A stretch of DNA of 15,906 bases from Candidatus Helarchaeota ASGARD archaeon Hel_GB_B (lineage in GTDB: Archaea > Asgardarchaeota > Lokiarchaeia > Helarchaeales > HEL-GB-B): contig SUPR01000081.1 of assembly GCA_005191425.1 (NCBI GenBank), forward strand, positions 1-15,906, in the 5' to 3' direction. This document shows, piece after piece, positions 14,893 through 15,906 of this stretch. How positions within the stretch are numbered: the first letter of the stretch is position 1; each line of letters begins with the position of its first letter. A model generated the notes under the pieces. It had not been told where the DNA came from, ran no database searches, and worked only from the letters and a program-made list of their open reading frames with translations. A program made the position numbers and the translations under genes.

Positions 14893-15843
14893 CTAGTTTA
14901 AAGATTTTTTAAAAGGATTATTTATTAATAATACTGCAATTATTATTAAAGGAAATGCAATCAATAATGCAAGAGTAGGAACTTCAAATAATATTATAAA
15001 TGAAAAAATTGTTGCAATCACTGGTTTAAATAATGCTAAACTAATGCCTTTAGATACCTCAATTTTTTGTACGCCTTTAAAAAATAGGTAAATACTTAAT
15101 GCAGTTGAGGTCGTTCCTAAAATTAATATGATTATCCATTCTTCCCATGTATAAATTAAAAAGTTATTAAATTCGGACGTAAATCCTATCAAAACAAAAT
15201 TCGGAAGCGCTGCTAGAAAACACGAAATCAATGTATATTTTATTTCGATATTTTTAATATTATTTGCCCTATTGAAAATAACTTTTCCAATAACTGAATA
15301 TATAGACCAAATTGCTGCTGCAGAAACGATCAAAATATTTCCCAATATATTTTGTGGGTCAATTAGCAAATTAATTTGAAAATTAGTAATTAAAATAGTA
15401 GTCCCTGTAATTCCAATTAAAAAGCCAATACTTTTTAATTTTAAATTTGAACGCTCATTTAAAATGAATACGCTGTAAATTGAAATAAAAATTGGATATG
15501 TGGTATATAAAGCTGAACCTACATTTGCTTGGGTAAATTGAAGTCCTATAAAATACAGTAAATTCGAAATACCAAACCCAAAAATGCCCCCAAAAATAAA
15601 TAACCACTTGTATTTCCTCAATAAAGTTCCAAGATCTCTTAAATTTTTAATTGAATTCCTTCTAAATCCTATCATCCCTAATAAAAACATACCTCCAATA
15701 AAAAATCTCAAAAATGATAACGAAATAGGTCCAATCTCTCCTTGAAGAAATTTTACTATTATCTCAGTAAAAGACCAAATAAATACACCAATAAAACACA
15801 ATATATATCCTTTAATTATGCCTTTCAATTTCTCAAAAACCAA
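14893..15843 (-). CDS. EamA/DMT family transporter
   Basis: About 10 TM helices in two repeats, with IWSFTEIIVK...GPISLSFLRF, GLQFTQANVGSALYTTYPIF, LNER and GNILIVSAAAIWSIYSV. TTG start. Confidence 0.92.
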   Translation of the reverse strand: MVFEKLKGIIKGYILCFIGVFIWSFTEIIVKFLQGEIGPISLSFLRFFIGGMFLLGMIGFRRNSIKNLRDLGTLLRKYKWLFIFGGIFGFGISNLLYFIGLQFTQANVGSALYTTYPIFISIYSVFILNERSNLKLKSIGFLIGITGTTILITNFQINLLIDPQNILGNILIVSAAAIWSIYSVIGKVIFNRANNIKNIEIKYTLISCFLAALPNFVLIGFTSEFNNFLIYTWEEWIIILILGTTSTALSIYLFFKGVQKIEVSKGISLALFKPVIATIFSFIILFEVPTLALLIAFPLIIIAVLLINNPFKKSLN

Positions 15844-15906
15844 TTTTTTCTCAATATTTCTATTTAAATGCTTAAATATTTTAAATTATCATTATTTTTT
15901 TTTTTT

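Noticed and set aside
15895-15906. Terminal poly-T run
   Set aside because: It is cut by the window edge, so it cannot be distinguished from a terminator, a homopolymer artefact or a contig end.

Overview
This is a very AT-rich window (roughly 25% GC by eye) that looks archaeal. An Asgard (Loki/Hel-type) origin is inferred from two membrane proteins ending in the same longin-like cytoplasmic domain, a standalone 7TM protein, frequent TTG/GTG starts and a GTGAT-type ribosome-binding element. Genes in order: a 5'-truncated molybdopterin (bis-PGD) oxidoreductase split by a -1 frameshift; a TPR protein; a CapA-family metallophosphoesterase; a large glycosylated receptor-like membrane protein with a longin-like tail, split by a +1 frameshift; a PIG-L deacetylase; a 7TM hypothetical protein; ornithine carbamoyltransferase (argF); an MFS transporter-longin fusion interrupted by one in-frame TGA; a PfkB kinase; a 2TM channel-like protein with two RCK/TrkA-N domains and no K+ filter; a retropepsin-like protease paired with a small DUF5678-like gene; an ~840 bp AT-rich gap; and an EamA/DMT transporter. 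I found no rRNA, tRNA, CRISPR array or recognisable mobile element. Most notable are one longin-like output domain attached to two unrelated membrane inputs, the small-protein/aspartyl-protease pair, the filterless channel, and three reading-frame lesions plus motif-breaking substitutions. The lesions could reflect recoding, gene decay or assembly error.
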